The notes under the pieces: model-generated
What the model was told of the DNA's origin: nothing
The model's database searches: none
Seen by the model: the letters and a program-made list of their open reading frames with translations, nothing else
Origin: Flexivirga sp.
GTDB taxonomy: Bacteria > Actinomycetota > Actinomycetes > Actinomycetales > Dermatophilaceae
NCBI RefSeq assembly: GCF_051955415.1
Contig: NZ_JBQCGS010000071.1
Span: 688 to 64,687, forward strand
DNA: 64,000 nucleotides
Direction: 5' to 3'
Program-made: the position numbers and the translations under genes
Part shown: piece by piece, positions 7,940 to 17,719 of the stretch
Numbering within the stretch: the stretch's first letter is position 1
How the letters are laid out: every line of letters starts with the position of its first letter

Positions 7940-9385
7940 GTGCTCGTCACCCGCGCCGCAGCGGGACGCTCGAGGCGGGCAGGCCGCGCAGCGCGCCGTA
8001 CCCTGGGGGGCGTGCCCGCCAGCCCTCCGTCGTCGCCGCCCGCCGGCACGGACACCCCCTCGCGTTCGACCCATCGGCAGATCCTCGCGCTCGCCGTCCC
8101 GGCGTTCCTCGCACTGGTCGCCGAACCGCTCTTCCTGATGGCCGACTCGGCGATCGTCGGCCACCTCGGCACCGATCAGCTGGCCGGCCTCGGCGTCGCC
8201 AGCGCGGCCCTGCTGACCGCCGCCAACATCTACGTCTTCCTCGCCTACGGCACCACCGCGCTGGTCGCCCGGCGGCTCGGCGCCGGGCAGGACTCGGCGG
8301 CCGTCGGCGCGGGTGTCGACGGCATCTGGCTGTCGGTCTTCCTCGGTGCCATCACCACGGTCGTGGTGGCCGTCTTCGCCGGGCCGATCTGCGACGTCTT
8401 CGGCGCCTCTCCCGCCGTTGCGGACGAAGCCACGATCTACCTGCGGATCAGCGCCTTCGGCATACCCGGGATGCTCGCCGTACTCGCCGCCACCGGCGTG
8501 CTGCGCGGCTTCCAGGACACCCGCACGCCGCTGATCGGCGCCACCACCGGCTTCGCCGCCAACCTGGTCCTCAACGTCGTCTTCGTGTATGGCGCCGGGC
8601 TCGGCATCGCCGGCTCGGCGCTCGGCACGGTCATCGCGCAGTCCGGTCTGGCGGCCGGGCTGCTCCTGGTCGTGCTGCGCCGGGCCCGCCGGCTGGGCAC
8701 CAGCCTGCGGCCGCATCCCGGGCGGGTTCTCGCCGCGGCCCGCTTCGGCGTCCCCCTGCTGGTACGCACGCTGGCGCTGCGGGCCGCGATGCTCGCCAGC
8801 ACCTGGGCCGCCGCCGAACTCGGCGACGTGCCGCTGGCCGCGCACCAGGTCGCGATGACCGTCTTCGGCTTCCTCGCGTTCGCGCTCGACGCGCTGGCCA
8901 TCGCCGCCCAGGCGCTCACCGGCCACACACTCGGCGCGCAGGACCTGGCGGGCACCCGCGCCGCCACCCGGCTGATGCTGTGGTGGGGGTGGTGGATGGG
9001 CGTCGCGCTCGGCGTCGTCGTGGCTGCGACGCACACCGTCGTGCCGGTCCTGTTCACCGGCGACCAGTCGGTCCGGGACGCGCTCTCGGTGGCATTGCTC
9101 GTCGTCGCGCTCGGCCAGCCGGTGGCCGGGCTGGTGTTCGTGCTCGACGGGGTGCTGATCGGCGCCGGCGACGGGCCCGCGCTGGCGTGGCTGCAGGTGG
9201 CGTCGCTGGCGGCATACCTGCCGCTGCTGTGGCTGGTGCACGCGCACGCCGCCACGCTGCGGGCCGGCGGTCCCGGTCATGCGCTGCTGATGTTGTGGTG
9301 GGCGTTCACCGGCTTCATGCTCTTCCGGCTCGTCGGTCTCGGCCTGCGCGCCCGCTCGGAGCGGTGGATGGTGACCGGCGCCTGA
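7940..9385 (+). CDS. MATE family efflux transporter (DinF-like)
   Basis: 481 aa, about 12 TM. Has ILALAVPAFLALVAEPLFLMADSAIVGHLG and a repeated half with AHQVAMTVFGFLAFALDALAIAAQAL. The start may instead be the GTG near 8012. Confidence 0.85.
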   Translation: MLVTRAAAGRSRRAGRAARRTLGGVPASPPSSPPAGTDTPSRSTHRQILALAVPAFLALVAEPLFLMADSAIVGHLGTDQLAGLGVASAALLTAANIYVFLAYGTTALVARRLGAGQDSAAVGAGVDGIWLSVFLGAITTVVVAVFAGPICDVFGASPAVADEATIYLRISAFGIPGMLAVLAATGVLRGFQDTRTPLIGATTGFAANLVLNVVFVYGAGLGIAGSALGTVIAQSGLAAGLLLVVLRRARRLGTSLRPHPGRVLAAARFGVPLLVRTLALRAAMLASTWAAAELGDVPLAAHQVAMTVFGFLAFALDALAIAAQALTGHTLGAQDLAGTRAATRLMLWWGWWMGVALGVVVAATHTVVPVLFTGDQSVRDALSVALLVVALGQPVAGLVFVLDGVLIGAGDGPALAWLQVASLAAYLPLLWLVHAHAATLRAGGPGHALLMLWWAFTGFMLFRLVGLGLRARSERWMVTGA

Positions 9386-9401
9386 GGCGGCGTCGGCGGT
9401 T

Positions 9402-9539
9402 CCCAACCAGCGACCGTTGCCGGTTATGCACCGGCCCCGGCCCGCGAAAGCACCCCCAACCGGCGACCGTCGCCGGTTATGCACGGGTCCCGGCTGCACA
9501 CATGCCCAGAGCTAGCGACCGTTGCCGGTTATGCACCGG
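9402..9539. repeat. Tandem repeat, about 53-bp period, 2.6 units
   Basis: CCCAACCAGCGACCGTTGCCGGTTATGCACCGG (9402-9434), CCCAACCGGCGACCGTCGCCGGTTATGCACGGG (9455-9487) and AGCGACCGTTGCCGGTTATGCACCGG (9514-9539). Confidence 0.85.
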
Positions 9540-9555
9540 TACGCCGCCCATGCGA

Positions 9556-9589
9556 AGAGCCGGCCACCCCACGGGGGATGACCGGCTCT
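9556..9589 (-). terminator. Hairpin downstream of rplI
   Basis: AGAGCCGG...CCGGCTCT stem enclosing CCCC-acg-GGGG, 25-55 nt after the rplI stop. Weak U-tract. Confidence 0.5.
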
Positions 9590-9612
9590 GCGCTGCTGTC
9601 AGCGGCGCGACG

Positions 9613-10062
9613 TCACTTCGCGGCGACGACGTCCAGCGTGACGGTGGCCTCGACCTCGGGGTGCAGCTTGACGCTGACCTCGTGGGTGCCGACGTTGCGG
9701 ATCGGCTGGGCGACCTGCACCGTGCGACGGTCGATCTCGCCCGCACCGGCGGCCTTGACGGCCTCGGCGATCTCGGCGGTGGTAACCGCACCGAACAGAC
9801 GACCGGACTCACCGGCGCGCGCGGCGAGGCGCACGACCGAGGACTCCAGGTTGCCCTTCAGCGACTGGGCCTGCTCCAGCGACTTCACCGCACGGGTGGC
9901 CCGCGCCTTGGTGATCGCGTCGACCTGCTTCTGGCCGCCCTTCGTCCACGGCGTGGCCAAGTGGCGAGGCAGGAGGTAGTTGCGGGCGTAGCCGTCCTTG
10001 ACCTCGACCACGTCACCTGGAGCGCCGAGCGAGGCGACCTCGTGGGTCAGAATGATCTTCAT
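9613..10062 (-). CDS. rplI: 50S ribosomal protein L9
   Basis: [33 protein letters not shown]... is a canonical L9. Synteny rpsF-ssb-rpsR-rplI. Confidence 0.97.
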   Translation of the reverse strand: MKIILTHEVASLGAPGDVVEVKDGYARNYLLPRHLATPWTKGGQKQVDAITKARATRAVKSLEQAQSLKGNLESSVVRLAARAGESGRLFGAVTTAEIAEAVKAAGAGEIDRRTVQVAQPIRNVGTHEVSVKLHPEVEATVTLDVVAAK

Positions 10063-10075
10063 AGCGTTACTTCTT

Positions 10076-10312
10076 TCAGCGCGCGGAGGACGAGTAGGGC
10101 AGCAGGGCCATCTCGCGGGCGTTCTTGACCGCGGTGGCGATCAGCCGCTGCTCCTGCACGGAGACGCCGGTGACCCGACGCGCGCGGATCTTGCCACGGT
10201 CGCTGATGAACTTGCGCAGCAGCGCGACGTCCTTGTAGTCGATCGACTCGACCTTGGCCAGCTTCAGCGGGTTGGCCTTCTTCTTGGGCTTGCGAATGAC
10301 GGGCTTAGCCAT
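10076..10312 (-). CDS. rpsR: 30S ribosomal protein S18
   Basis: 78 aa. [32 protein letters not shown] matches S18. Confidence 0.97.
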   Translation of the reverse strand: MAKPVIRKPKKKANPLKLAKVESIDYKDVALLRKFISDRGKIRARRVTGVSVQEQRLIATAVKNAREMALLPYSSSAR

Positions 10313-10385
10313 CGTGGTGCTCTCCTTCGTTTCCGAGAGCCCGAGCCTTCACTCGGGATGGGGTTGTTCTGTGATGTATGACGCT

Positions 10386-10431
10386 GGTCTCGATACGTCG
10401 CTCGCCTAGCGGCTCGCTCCTACTCGACCGG
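10386..10431 (+). repeat. Dispersed repeat family, copy A (ssb-rpsR spacer)
   Basis: GGTCTCGATACGTCGCTCGCCTAGCGGCTCGCTCCTACTCGACCGG. Near-identical to copy B at 29125. Confidence 0.75.
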
Positions 10432-10436
10432 CATCC

Positions 10437-11021
10437 TCAGAAGGGGGGTTCGTCGTAGGACGGGCCGGTGCTCCAGCCGCCGCCCTGACCACCGGACTGC
10501 GGGGCCTGCTGGCCGCCGCCCTGGCCGCCGGTCGCCCACGGGTCGGACTGCTGTCCGCCACCGAAGCCGCCCTGCTGGCCACCGGAGTTGCCGCCGAAAC
10601 CACCGTTGCCGCCGCCGTTGCCGCCGAAACCGCCACCGGGTCCGCCGCCGCGCTGGGTCTTGTTGACCTTCGCGGTTGCGTAACGCAGGGACGGGCCGAC
10701 CTCGTCGACGTCGAGCTCCATGGTGGTGCGCTTCTGGCCGGTCTCCTTGTCGTCCCACGAACGGGACTTCAGGCGACCGGAGACGATCACCCGTGCGCCA
10801 CGGGTCAGCGACTCGGCGACGTTCTCGGCCGCCTCGCGCCATACCGAGCAGCGCATGAACAGCGTTTCGCCGTCCTTCCACTCATTGGTCTGCCGATCCA
10901 TGTAGCGCGGCGTCGACGCAACGGTGAAGTTGGCGACGGCTGCCCCGGACGGCGTGAACCGCAACTCCGGGTCCTGGGTCAGGTTGCCGATGACTGTGAT
11001 GACGGTGTCGCCTGCGGCCAT
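10437..11021 (-). CDS. ssb: Single-stranded DNA-binding protein
   Basis: OB-fold N-terminus ([27 protein letters not shown]), Gly-rich tail, C-terminal DEPPF. Confidence 0.97.
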   Translation of the reverse strand: MAAGDTVITVIGNLTQDPELRFTPSGAAVANFTVASTPRYMDRQTNEWKDGETLFMRCSVWREAAENVAESLTRGARVIVSGRLKSRSWDDKETGQKRTTMELDVDEVGPSLRYATAKVNKTQRGGGPGGGFGGNGGGNGGFGGNSGGQQGGFGGGQQSDPWATGGQGGGQQAPQSGGQGGGWSTGPSYDEPPF

Positions 11022-11050
11022 GTCGGAACTCCCTTGCTAGATGTCGAGCT

Positions 11051-11338
11051 TCAGGCGTCCACGCGCAGCAGCTTGGTGCGCATGATCTGCTCGTTGAGCG
11101 ACAGCTGGCGGTCGAGCTCCTTGGCGGTAGCCGACTCGGCGGTCATCGTCACAACGGCGTAGATGCCCTCGGACTTCTTCTTGATGTCGTAGGCAAGACG
11201 GCGACGACCCCAGATGTCGGTGTTGTCGATCTTGCCGCCTTCGGCGGTCACGACCTTGAGCAACTTGTCCAGCGTGGGCTGGACAACGCGCTCGTCGAGC
11301 TCGGGGTCGATGATGATCATCAATTCGTACTGACGCAT
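11051..11338 (-). CDS. rpsF: 30S ribosomal protein S6
   Basis: [16 protein letters not shown]...[13 protein letters not shown] is a canonical S6. Confidence 0.97.
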   Translation of the reverse strand: MRQYELMIIIDPELDERVVQPTLDKLLKVVTAEGGKIDNTDIWGRRRLAYDIKKKSEGIYAVVTMTAESATAKELDRQLSLNEQIMRTKLLRVDA

Positions 11339-11340
11339 GC

Positions 11341-11400
11341 GTTAACCCACCTCCTTCGGTCTCAAGCGGTCACGGTCTCTCCGTGACAGGAGGGTTGCAG
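11341..11400 (-). promoter_or_regulatory. Putative rpsF 5' leader structure sequestering the SD
   Basis: The - strand reads AACCCUCCU-GUCACGG-agaga-CCGUGAC-...-AGGAGGUGGGUU. An upstream anti-SD pairs with the AGGAGG of rpsF. Confidence 0.4.
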
Positions 11401-11550
11401 CGTGGCCCGCCCCCGGTCGTCACCGTCTCCGGTGTCTCCCGCGAGTATGCCGCCAGGCTCCGACATACGGATACCTACGGCACGGGCCGGACGCGAGTTT
11501 ATCGGTCAACGACCGTCCGGCGTTAATCGAGATCGCGCGATGCGGCACTC

Positions 11551-11597
11551 GGTCTCGATACACCTCCCCCGCTCCGCTCCTCCGGCACTCGACCAGC
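11551..11597 (+). repeat. Dispersed repeat family, copy D
   Basis: GGTCTCGATACACCTCCCCCGCTCCGCTCCTCCGGCACTCGACCAGC, 13 nt beyond the stop of the GT87-like gene and upstream of rpsF. Confidence 0.7.
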
Positions 11598-11609
11598 GTG
11601 CGCCCAGCT

Positions 11610-12902
11610 TCACCGATCAGCGGGGGTGGCCGGGTCGCGCTCCAGGTCCTGGGAGGTCTCCCAGGAGGCCCAGGCGATCCCGACATACGCGATCAGCCGG
11701 ATCAGCAGGAAGAAGGAGTATGCCGCCGCGGGCAGCGCCTTGGCGGTGTTGCTCGGCCCGGCGATGTACATCCAGGTCATGACGAAGTAGACGATCTCGG
11801 CGCCGGCCCACAGCAGGTGTTCGCGCCAGCGCAGCGCAGCCAGCGCCATCAGCGGCAGCACCCACAAGCAGCTCTGCACCGACATCGACTTGCCGGTGAG
11901 CAGCACGATGACCAGCATCGTCAGCGCCAGCGGCGCGAGCTGGGTGCGCTCGACGGGCCGGCCGGTCAGGTAGACACCGAGCAGGAAGGCGACCACCCAG
12001 CCGAGGACCGCGATGATCGACAGCGACGTCGCCGGCAGCGGATGGTGCGCGGCGGTCAGCAGGTAGCCCGGCGAGCCGTAACCGGCGGCCTGGTGCCACC
12101 AGCCGCGGTATGGCGCCAGCGGATCCCCGCCCCACGCGTACGCCACCCCGAAGCAGACCACGATCGCCGCGGCCGCGCCGGTGAGGCAGCGGGCCAGCGG
12201 GCCGCGGGTGCCGTCGCGCAGCGCGATGAGGGTGATCGCGCCGAGCAGCACCAACGGATTGGTCCGGGCCATGACTGCTGCACCGAGGCAGACGCCGGCG
12301 GCTGCCGGGTGCCGGCGCGCCCAGAGCGCCATACCGACGGTCGCGAGGGCGACGCCCAGCACGTCGAAGGAGACCAGGGCCGCGGTGATCAGCACCGGGC
12401 TGAGCGCCACGTGTGCGGCCAGCCATGGGGTGCTGCGCAGCATCGACGCGGTCGCGATCGTGGTCAGCGCGATCAGCAGCGCGATGATCACGGTGCCGAT
12501 CGCGAAGTAGACCTGCTGGGTGCCCAGCGCGCTGCCGCCCGGAGTCAACTGCTTGACGATCCAGTCCAGGATCGCGGTCAGGACCGGCTGGGTGTTGCCC
12601 GCGCCGCCGGACGACCACGGGGTGCCGCCCTTCGGGCCGCCGGAACCCACCGGCAGGTCCGAGTAGCACGCGTGCCACAGGGCACCCGGTGACCCCCAGC
12701 CCTCGCGCACGCAGTGGTTCTTCTGCAGCACGCCGAGCGCGACCAGCACCGACGCCAGCGCCGACAACATCGCCGCGGCATACGTCCAGCCACGGCGGCC
12801 GATCGCCGCGAAACGACCGACCGGCCCACCGATGATCCCGGTCGCGAGCGCGGCGGGCTCCTCCCCGCGGCTGGGTGAGGTCAGGCGTGTGGGCGAAGGC
12901 AC
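11610..12902 (-). CDS. Polytopic membrane protein, GT87/DUF2029-like glycosyltransferase (Rv0051-like position)
   Basis: 430 aa with more than 10 TM segments. Positioned between ponA and rpsF as in mycobacteria. Family call is from overall pattern only. Confidence 0.7.
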   Translation of the reverse strand: MPSPTRLTSPSRGEEPAALATGIIGGPVGRFAAIGRRGWTYAAAMLSALASVLVALGVLQKNHCVREGWGSPGALWHACYSDLPVGSGGPKGGTPWSSGGAGNTQPVLTAILDWIVKQLTPGGSALGTQQVYFAIGTVIIALLIALTTIATASMLRSTPWLAAHVALSPVLITAALVSFDVLGVALATVGMALWARRHPAAAGVCLGAAVMARTNPLVLLGAITLIALRDGTRGPLARCLTGAAAAIVVCFGVAYAWGGDPLAPYRGWWHQAAGYGSPGYLLTAAHHPLPATSLSIIAVLGWVVAFLLGVYLTGRPVERTQLAPLALTMLVIVLLTGKSMSVQSCLWVLPLMALAALRWREHLLWAGAEIVYFVMTWMYIAGPSNTAKALPAAAYSFFLLIRLIAYVGIAWASWETSQDLERDPATPADR

Positions 12903-12981
12903 GGCGCGAGCCTAACCCGCGATTGTCCCTAACCGGTGCCGGGTAACTCGGCTCGTGCTCGGACCTCCAGGAAGGACGATC

Positions 12982-13386
12982 ATGACCACGAACAGCAACA
13001 CGTTCGACCCCGGATCGCTGCAGGGTGTCGACGTCATGGGCGCCGACGGCAGCAAGCTCGGCACGGTCGACGCCGTCTACCTCGACGACGCCACGTCCCA
13101 GCCGCAGTGGGTGGCGGTCGCGACCGAGGGAGCCGACGACGCCACCATGGTGCCTCTCGCCACCGCGCAGTTCGACGGCGAACGGCTCACCGTGCCGTAT
13201 GACGACCAGCAGCTGCGGGACGCACCACACCACGACCCGTCGGGGCGGCTGACGCCCAAGGACGAGCAGGACCTCTACCGCCACTTCGGCGTCGGCGGCG
13301 ATCGCGAGGACCGCGCGGCACCGTATGTCGTCGAAGACCGCGACAAGGACGACGCGCTCATGCAGGAGCGGCCAGACCCGCAGTGA
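12982..13386 (+). CDS. PRC-barrel domain protein
   Basis: ORF 12955..13386. ATG at 12982 preceded by GGAAGGA. VMGADGSKLGTVDAVYLDDATSQPQWVAV...LTVPY matches the PRC-barrel pattern. Confidence 0.7.
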   Translation: MTTNSNTFDPGSLQGVDVMGADGSKLGTVDAVYLDDATSQPQWVAVATEGADDATMVPLATAQFDGERLTVPYDDQQLRDAPHHDPSGRLTPKDEQDLYRHFGVGGDREDRAAPYVVEDRDKDDALMQERPDPQ

Positions 13387-13401
13387 GCCCAGCCGGGTAA
13401 C

Positions 13402-15744
13402 TCAGCGCGTCGGCTGCGGCTCCGACGACCTCGGCTGACCGCCGCCCTGGGTGACCGGCGGCGGCGGAACCGGCAGCGTCGGCCGGGTCGCCGTCGGACG
13501 TGAGGTCGGACTCGGCGGCTGCGTGGTCGTCGTGGTGGTGGTCGGGCTCGGCGGCTGCGTCGTGCTGGTGGTCGAACTCGACGTGCTGCTGGACGGCGTC
13601 GAACTCGAGCTGGTCGAGCTCGGCGTGGACGACGTCGTCGTGGTGGTGCTGGTCGGCGCCTGGGTGGAGGTGACCGGCGGCGCCGAATACGTCGTGGTCT
13701 GCTTGACCTCCTTCGTCTGCGGCAGCGGGGCGACCTTCTGCCCCTTGAGCGCAGCCTGCATGAAGTCCAGCCAGATGGTGGCCGGCGTGTCGCCGCCGTA
13801 GAACGACGCGTTGTGCGTCGCCTTGTCCAGCCCGATGGTGCCGGCCTGCTTGCCGTTGCCGGCATACATGCCGACCGAGACGGTCAGCTGGTCGGGCGTG
13901 AACCCGGTGAACCACGCCGACAGGTAGTGACTGGACGTGCCGGTCTTGCCGGCGGCCGGCCGGTTCAGCTGACCGGCGGTGTGGTGCGCGGTGCCGTCGG
14001 AGTCCGTCAGCGGGCCGGTCATCCCGTTGACCAGGTTGGCGGCGACGTCCTTGGCGATCGCCTGCTGGGTGTTCGGGTGCGCGTCGTAGCTGTAGTCACC
14101 CGCGACGCTGGTGACCTTCTGGATGAAGTAGGGGTCGGCCTTCTTCCCCTCCGCGCTGATGGTGTTGTAGGCGTTGGCCATGTCGATCACCCGCACGGCC
14201 GCACTGCCCAGGATGTCGGTCGGCACCGGGTCGTTCATGCCCGGGGAGCTCTGCGGTATGCCGAGCTGCTGCGCGGCGGCCAGCGTCTTGCCGGTGCCGA
14301 GCGCCTGGTTGAGCCGCACGAACGCCGTGTTGGACGACACCGCGAAGGCGCGCTCGAGGGTGAGCATCCCGAACTGCTCGTGGTTGTCGTTGTAGATCTT
14401 GGTCGTCTTGCCGTTGCCGCGGTGCAGGATCAGCGGCGACGCACCGCTGAACTTGGTCTGCATCGTCATACCGTCCTGCAATGCCGCGGCCAACCCGAAC
14501 GCCTTGAAGCTCGAACCGCCTTGCAGCTGTGCATCGTTCGCGGCGCTGATCTCCTTGGCCGCGTCCTCGCCGCCATACATCGCCACGACCGCACCGTCCG
14601 GCTGCTCGGCGACCAGCCCGGTGTGCAATGCGTCCAGCCGGGCGGTCTGGCTCGGGACGTTCCGGTGGACGGCGTCGACGGCCGCTTTCTGGGAGTTCTT
14701 GTCGATGGTCGTGGTGATGCGCAGCCCGCCCCGGTCGATGTCCTCGTGGGTCAGCTTCAGCTTGTGCTGCAGCTCCGACCGCACGGCCGACACGATGTAG
14801 CCGTTCGGGCCGGAGACCTGCTGCGCGTTGGGGTTGTACTTCTTGAAGTCCGGCATGTGCGCCTTGGCGCGCTGCGCCGGCGTCATCCAGCCCTCCTTGA
14901 CCATGCCGTCCAGCACGTAGGTCATCCGGGCGTTGGCGCGCGCCTTGGCGTCCGCGCCGTACTGCGGGTCGTACAGGCCCGGCGCGTTGATCACCGAGGC
15001 GAGGAACGCGCCCTGGCTGGCGTCCAGCTTGCTGACGTCGACGCCGAAGTAGGCCTGCGACGCTGCCTGTATGCCGTAGGCACCGCGCCCGAAGTAGATG
15101 TTGTTCAGGTAGGCCTGCAGGATGTCGTCCTTGGACATCTTCCGGTCGATCTTCAGCGCGATCATGATCTCCTTGACCTTGCGCTTGACCGACCGGTCCT
15201 GGGTCAGGAAGTAGTTCTTGACGTATTGCTGGGTGATCGTCGAGCCGCCCTGCTCCTGCCCGCCGGACAGCGTGCTCCAGGCGGCGCGGATGGTGCCGCT
15301 GATCGAGACGCCGGAGTTCTTGTAGAAGTTGCGGTCCTCGGCGGCCAGGAATTCGTAGCGGACCGTCTTGGGCACCTGGGCCAGCTTGACGTCCTCGCGG
15401 TTGACCGTGCTGAACCGGCCGAGCTCGGTCTTCCCGTCGCTGTAGTAGACGATCGAGACCTGCTTCGCGGCGTCGGCCTGCGGCTGCGGGATGGGCGTAC
15501 GCAGGTAGATGATGACCAGTGCGACGACCCCGATCAGACCCAGCAGGACGAAGCCCAGCACGGTCCGCCAGAAGACCTTGAAGAACAATCCGTGCTCTTT
15601 CTTCGGGCGCTTCCTGCGGCCCGGCACCGGTCGCGCTGCGGCGCGACGAGGCGCCCCACCCTGCTCATCTGTCACCGGTGCAGGGTAACTGCCGAAGCAG
15701 TGAACCGGGAATCGTGAAGGCCGCTGCACCCATCGACCCGCCAT
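13402..15744 (-). CDS. ponA: Class A penicillin-binding protein (transglycosylase/transpeptidase) with S/T/P-rich tail
   Basis: GT51 motifs (EDRNFYKNSGVS, GGSTITQQYVKN), transpeptidase SSFK and KTGTS. C-terminal about 100 aa are Ser/Thr/Pro-rich. Start uncertain: ATG 15744 or GTG 15675. Confidence 0.92.
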   Translation of the reverse strand: MAGRWVQRPSRFPVHCFGSYPAPVTDEQGGAPRRAAARPVPGRRKRPKKEHGLFFKVFWRTVLGFVLLGLIGVVALVIIYLRTPIPQPQADAAKQVSIVYYSDGKTELGRFSTVNREDVKLAQVPKTVRYEFLAAEDRNFYKNSGVSISGTIRAAWSTLSGGQEQGGSTITQQYVKNYFLTQDRSVKRKVKEIMIALKIDRKMSKDDILQAYLNNIYFGRGAYGIQAASQAYFGVDVSKLDASQGAFLASVINAPGLYDPQYGADAKARANARMTYVLDGMVKEGWMTPAQRAKAHMPDFKKYNPNAQQVSGPNGYIVSAVRSELQHKLKLTHEDIDRGGLRITTTIDKNSQKAAVDAVHRNVPSQTARLDALHTGLVAEQPDGAVVAMYGGEDAAKEISAANDAQLQGGSSFKAFGLAAALQDGMTMQTKFSGASPLILHRGNGKTTKIYNDNHEQFGMLTLERAFAVSSNTAFVRLNQALGTGKTLAAAQQLGIPQSSPGMNDPVPTDILGSAAVRVIDMANAYNTISAEGKKADPYFIQKVTSVAGDYSYDAHPNTQQAIAKDVAANLVNGMTGPLTDSDGTAHHTAGQLNRPAAGKTGTSSHYLSAWFTGFTPDQLTVSVGMYAGNGKQAGTIGLDKATHNASFYGGDTPATIWLDFMQAALKGQKVAPLPQTKEVKQTTTYSAPPVTSTQAPTSTTTTTSSTPSSTSSSSTPSSSTSSSTTSTTQPPSPTTTTTTTQPPSPTSRPTATRPTLPVPPPPVTQGGGQPRSSEPQPTR

Positions 15745-15750
15745 ACAACG

Positions 15751-15775
15751 CCGATGTATCGGTTCGATACATCGG
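15751..15775. promoter_or_regulatory. Perfect 11-3-11 palindrome in ponA/PadR divergent region
   Basis: CCGATGTATCG-gtt-CGATACATCGG, about 70-90 nt upstream of the PadR ATG and just upstream of ponA. Confidence 0.6.
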
Positions 15776-15843
15776 ATGCGCTATGCTCGTGGTCACACCC
15801 CCCGCATCCGCAGGATCCACCGACAGCACCGAGGAGGTCGCCC

Positions 15844-16512
15844 ATGTCACGACGTGGCGCCATACTCGAGCTGGCGATCCTCGGTCTGCTGCACGACCAG
15901 CCGCTGCACGGTTACGAGTTGCGCAAGCAACTGTCCGGGGTGCTGGGCGCGTTCCGTGCCGTGTCGTTCGGCTCGCTCTACCCGTGCCTGCGCGGCCTGG
16001 TCGAGCGCGGCTGGATCAGTGAGCGCAGCTCCGCCGACCAGGACCGGCAGAGCCACCAGGGTCCCGGCCTCGGCGGCAAGCGCGGCAAGATCACCTACGA
16101 GCTGACCGCGGAGGGCAAGGAGCAGTTCCAGACGCTCATGGCCCAGACGGGCCCTGCCTCGTGGGAGGACGAGAACTTCGACGTCCACTTCGCCTTCTTC
16201 GGCCGAGCCAGCAGCGATGTGCGATTGCGCATCCTGGAGGGTCGCCGCAGTCGGCTGGAGGAGCGCCTGGACGACTCGCGGGAGCAGTCCCGTGCGCGTC
16301 GCGAGCGCACCGACAAATACACCGCCGAATTGCACCGCCACGGGCTGGAGTCCACCGAACGTGAGGTGCGCTGGCTCAGTGAGCTGATCGAGACCGAGCG
16401 CTCGGCATACGGCATCACCAATCCCGGCGAGACGGCGCCTGCCGATCAGCCGGTCGATGGGGAGTCTCCGGAGGAACACTCCGGCCCCAGCGGAAAATCC
16501 GACAAGGAGTAG
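15844..16512 (+). CDS. PadR family transcriptional regulator
   Basis: ORF 15754..16512. ATG 15844 preceded by GAGGAGG. ILELAILGLLHDQPLHGYELRKQL...SFGSLYPCLRGLVERGWI is the PadR winged helix. Upstream of ino1 as in mycobacteria. Confidence 0.9.
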   Translation: MSRRGAILELAILGLLHDQPLHGYELRKQLSGVLGAFRAVSFGSLYPCLRGLVERGWISERSSADQDRQSHQGPGLGGKRGKITYELTAEGKEQFQTLMAQTGPASWEDENFDVHFAFFGRASSDVRLRILEGRRSRLEERLDDSREQSRARRERTDKYTAELHRHGLESTEREVRWLSELIETERSAYGITNPGETAPADQPVDGESPEEHSGPSGKSDKE

Positions 16513-16515
16513 GAA

Positions 16516-17607
16516 ATGGGATCCATTCGCGTCGCCATCGTCGGCGTCGGCAACTGCGCGAGCTCGCTCGTGCAGGGTGTTGAGTACTACAAGGACGCGT
16601 CGCCCGACACGACTGTCCCGGGTCTGATGCACGTGAAGTTCGGTGACTACCACGTCGGTGACGTGGAGTTCGTCGCCGCGTTCGACGTCGACGCCAAGAA
16701 GGTCGGCTTCGACCTGGCCGAGGCGATCACCGCCAGCGAGAACAACACCATCAAGATCGCCGACGTCCCGCCGACCGGTGTCACCGTCCAGCGCGGCACC
16801 ACCCTCGACGGCATCGGCAAGTACTACGCCCAGACCATCACCGAGGCCGACAGCGAGCCGGTCGACGTCGTCCAGGCGCTCAAGGACGCCCGGGCCGACG
16901 TGCTCGTCTCCTACCTGCCGGTCGGCTCCGAGCAGGCCGACAAGTTCTACGCCCAGTGCGCCATCGACGCGGGCGTCGCCTTCGTCAACGCCCTGCCGGT
17001 CTTCATCGCCTCCGACCCGGAGTGGGCCAAGAAGTTCGAGGACGCCGGTGTCCCGATCGTCGGCGACGACATCAAGAGCCAGGTCGGCGCGACCATCACC
17101 CACCGCGTCATGGCCCGCCTCTTCGAGGACCGCGGGGTCACGCTGGACCGCACCTACCAGCTGAACGTCGGCGGCAACATGGACTTCAAGAACATGCTCG
17201 AGCGCGAGCGCCTGGAGTCCAAGAAGGTCTCCAAGACCCAGGCCGTGACCTCCAACCTGAGCGGCCCGCTGGCCGGCATCAAGGACGGCCGCAACGTGCA
17301 CATCGGCCCGTCGGACTACGTGCAGTGGCTGGACGACCGCAAGTGGGCCTACGTGCGCCTCGAGGGCCGCGCCTTCGGTGACGTTCCGCTGAACCTGGAG
17401 TACAAGCTCGAGGTCTGGGACTCCCCGAACTCCGCCGGCATCATCATCGACGCCATCCGGGCCGCGAAGATCGCCAAGGACCGCGGCATCGGCGGCCCGC
17501 TGCTGTCGGCCTCGTCCTACCTGATGAAGTCCCCGCCGGAGCAGCGCGAGGACAGCCTCGGCCGCGCCAAGCTCGAAGCCTTCATCAAGGGCGACGAGAC
17601 TCGTTGA
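16516..17607 (+). CDS. ino1: myo-Inositol-1-phosphate synthase
   Basis: 363 aa. [26 protein letters not shown]...[17 protein letters not shown]...SKKVSKTQ is the actinobacterial Ino1 type. Confidence 0.95.
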   Translation: MGSIRVAIVGVGNCASSLVQGVEYYKDASPDTTVPGLMHVKFGDYHVGDVEFVAAFDVDAKKVGFDLAEAITASENNTIKIADVPPTGVTVQRGTTLDGIGKYYAQTITEADSEPVDVVQALKDARADVLVSYLPVGSEQADKFYAQCAIDAGVAFVNALPVFIASDPEWAKKFEDAGVPIVGDDIKSQVGATITHRVMARLFEDRGVTLDRTYQLNVGGNMDFKNMLERERLESKKVSKTQAVTSNLSGPLAGIKDGRNVHIGPSDYVQWLDDRKWAYVRLEGRAFGDVPLNLEYKLEVWDSPNSAGIIIDAIRAAKIAKDRGIGGPLLSASSYLMKSPPEQREDSLGRAKLEAFIKGDETR

Positions 17608-17647
17608 CCTGACCCTCTCGCCGAGAGGACAGGAAACATACTGAGAG

Positions 17648-17690
17648 GACAGGCAATTCGGGCTCTGATCGCCCGATTTGCCTGTCTTTT
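17648..17690 (+). terminator. Rho-independent terminator of ino1
   Basis: GACAGGCAAtTCGGGC-tctgatc-GCCCGAtTTGCCTGTC followed by TTTT. Flanked by an outer inverted repeat CTCGCCGAGAGGACA (17615-17630 / 17701-17716), so probably bidirectional. Confidence 0.75.
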
Positions 17691-17719
17691 CGGCATTTAG
17701 GTGTCCTCTCGGCGAGAAG

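Noticed and set aside
4937-9539. CRISPR array interpretation of the tandem repeats at 4937-5003, 9402-9539 and 28167-28250
   Set aside because: Units are contiguous or have partly conserved spacers, there are only 3-5 copies, repeat lengths are wrong, and there are no cas genes. These are ordinary tandem repeats.
7808-10128. Very long ORFs 7808..9499(-) and 7921..10128(+) overlapping the MATE gene, the repeat spacer and rplI
   Set aside because: Arg/Pro/Gly/Ala-dominated translations with no recognisable motifs. These are typical shadow ORFs of high-GC DNA. The MATE and L9 frames have clear family signatures.
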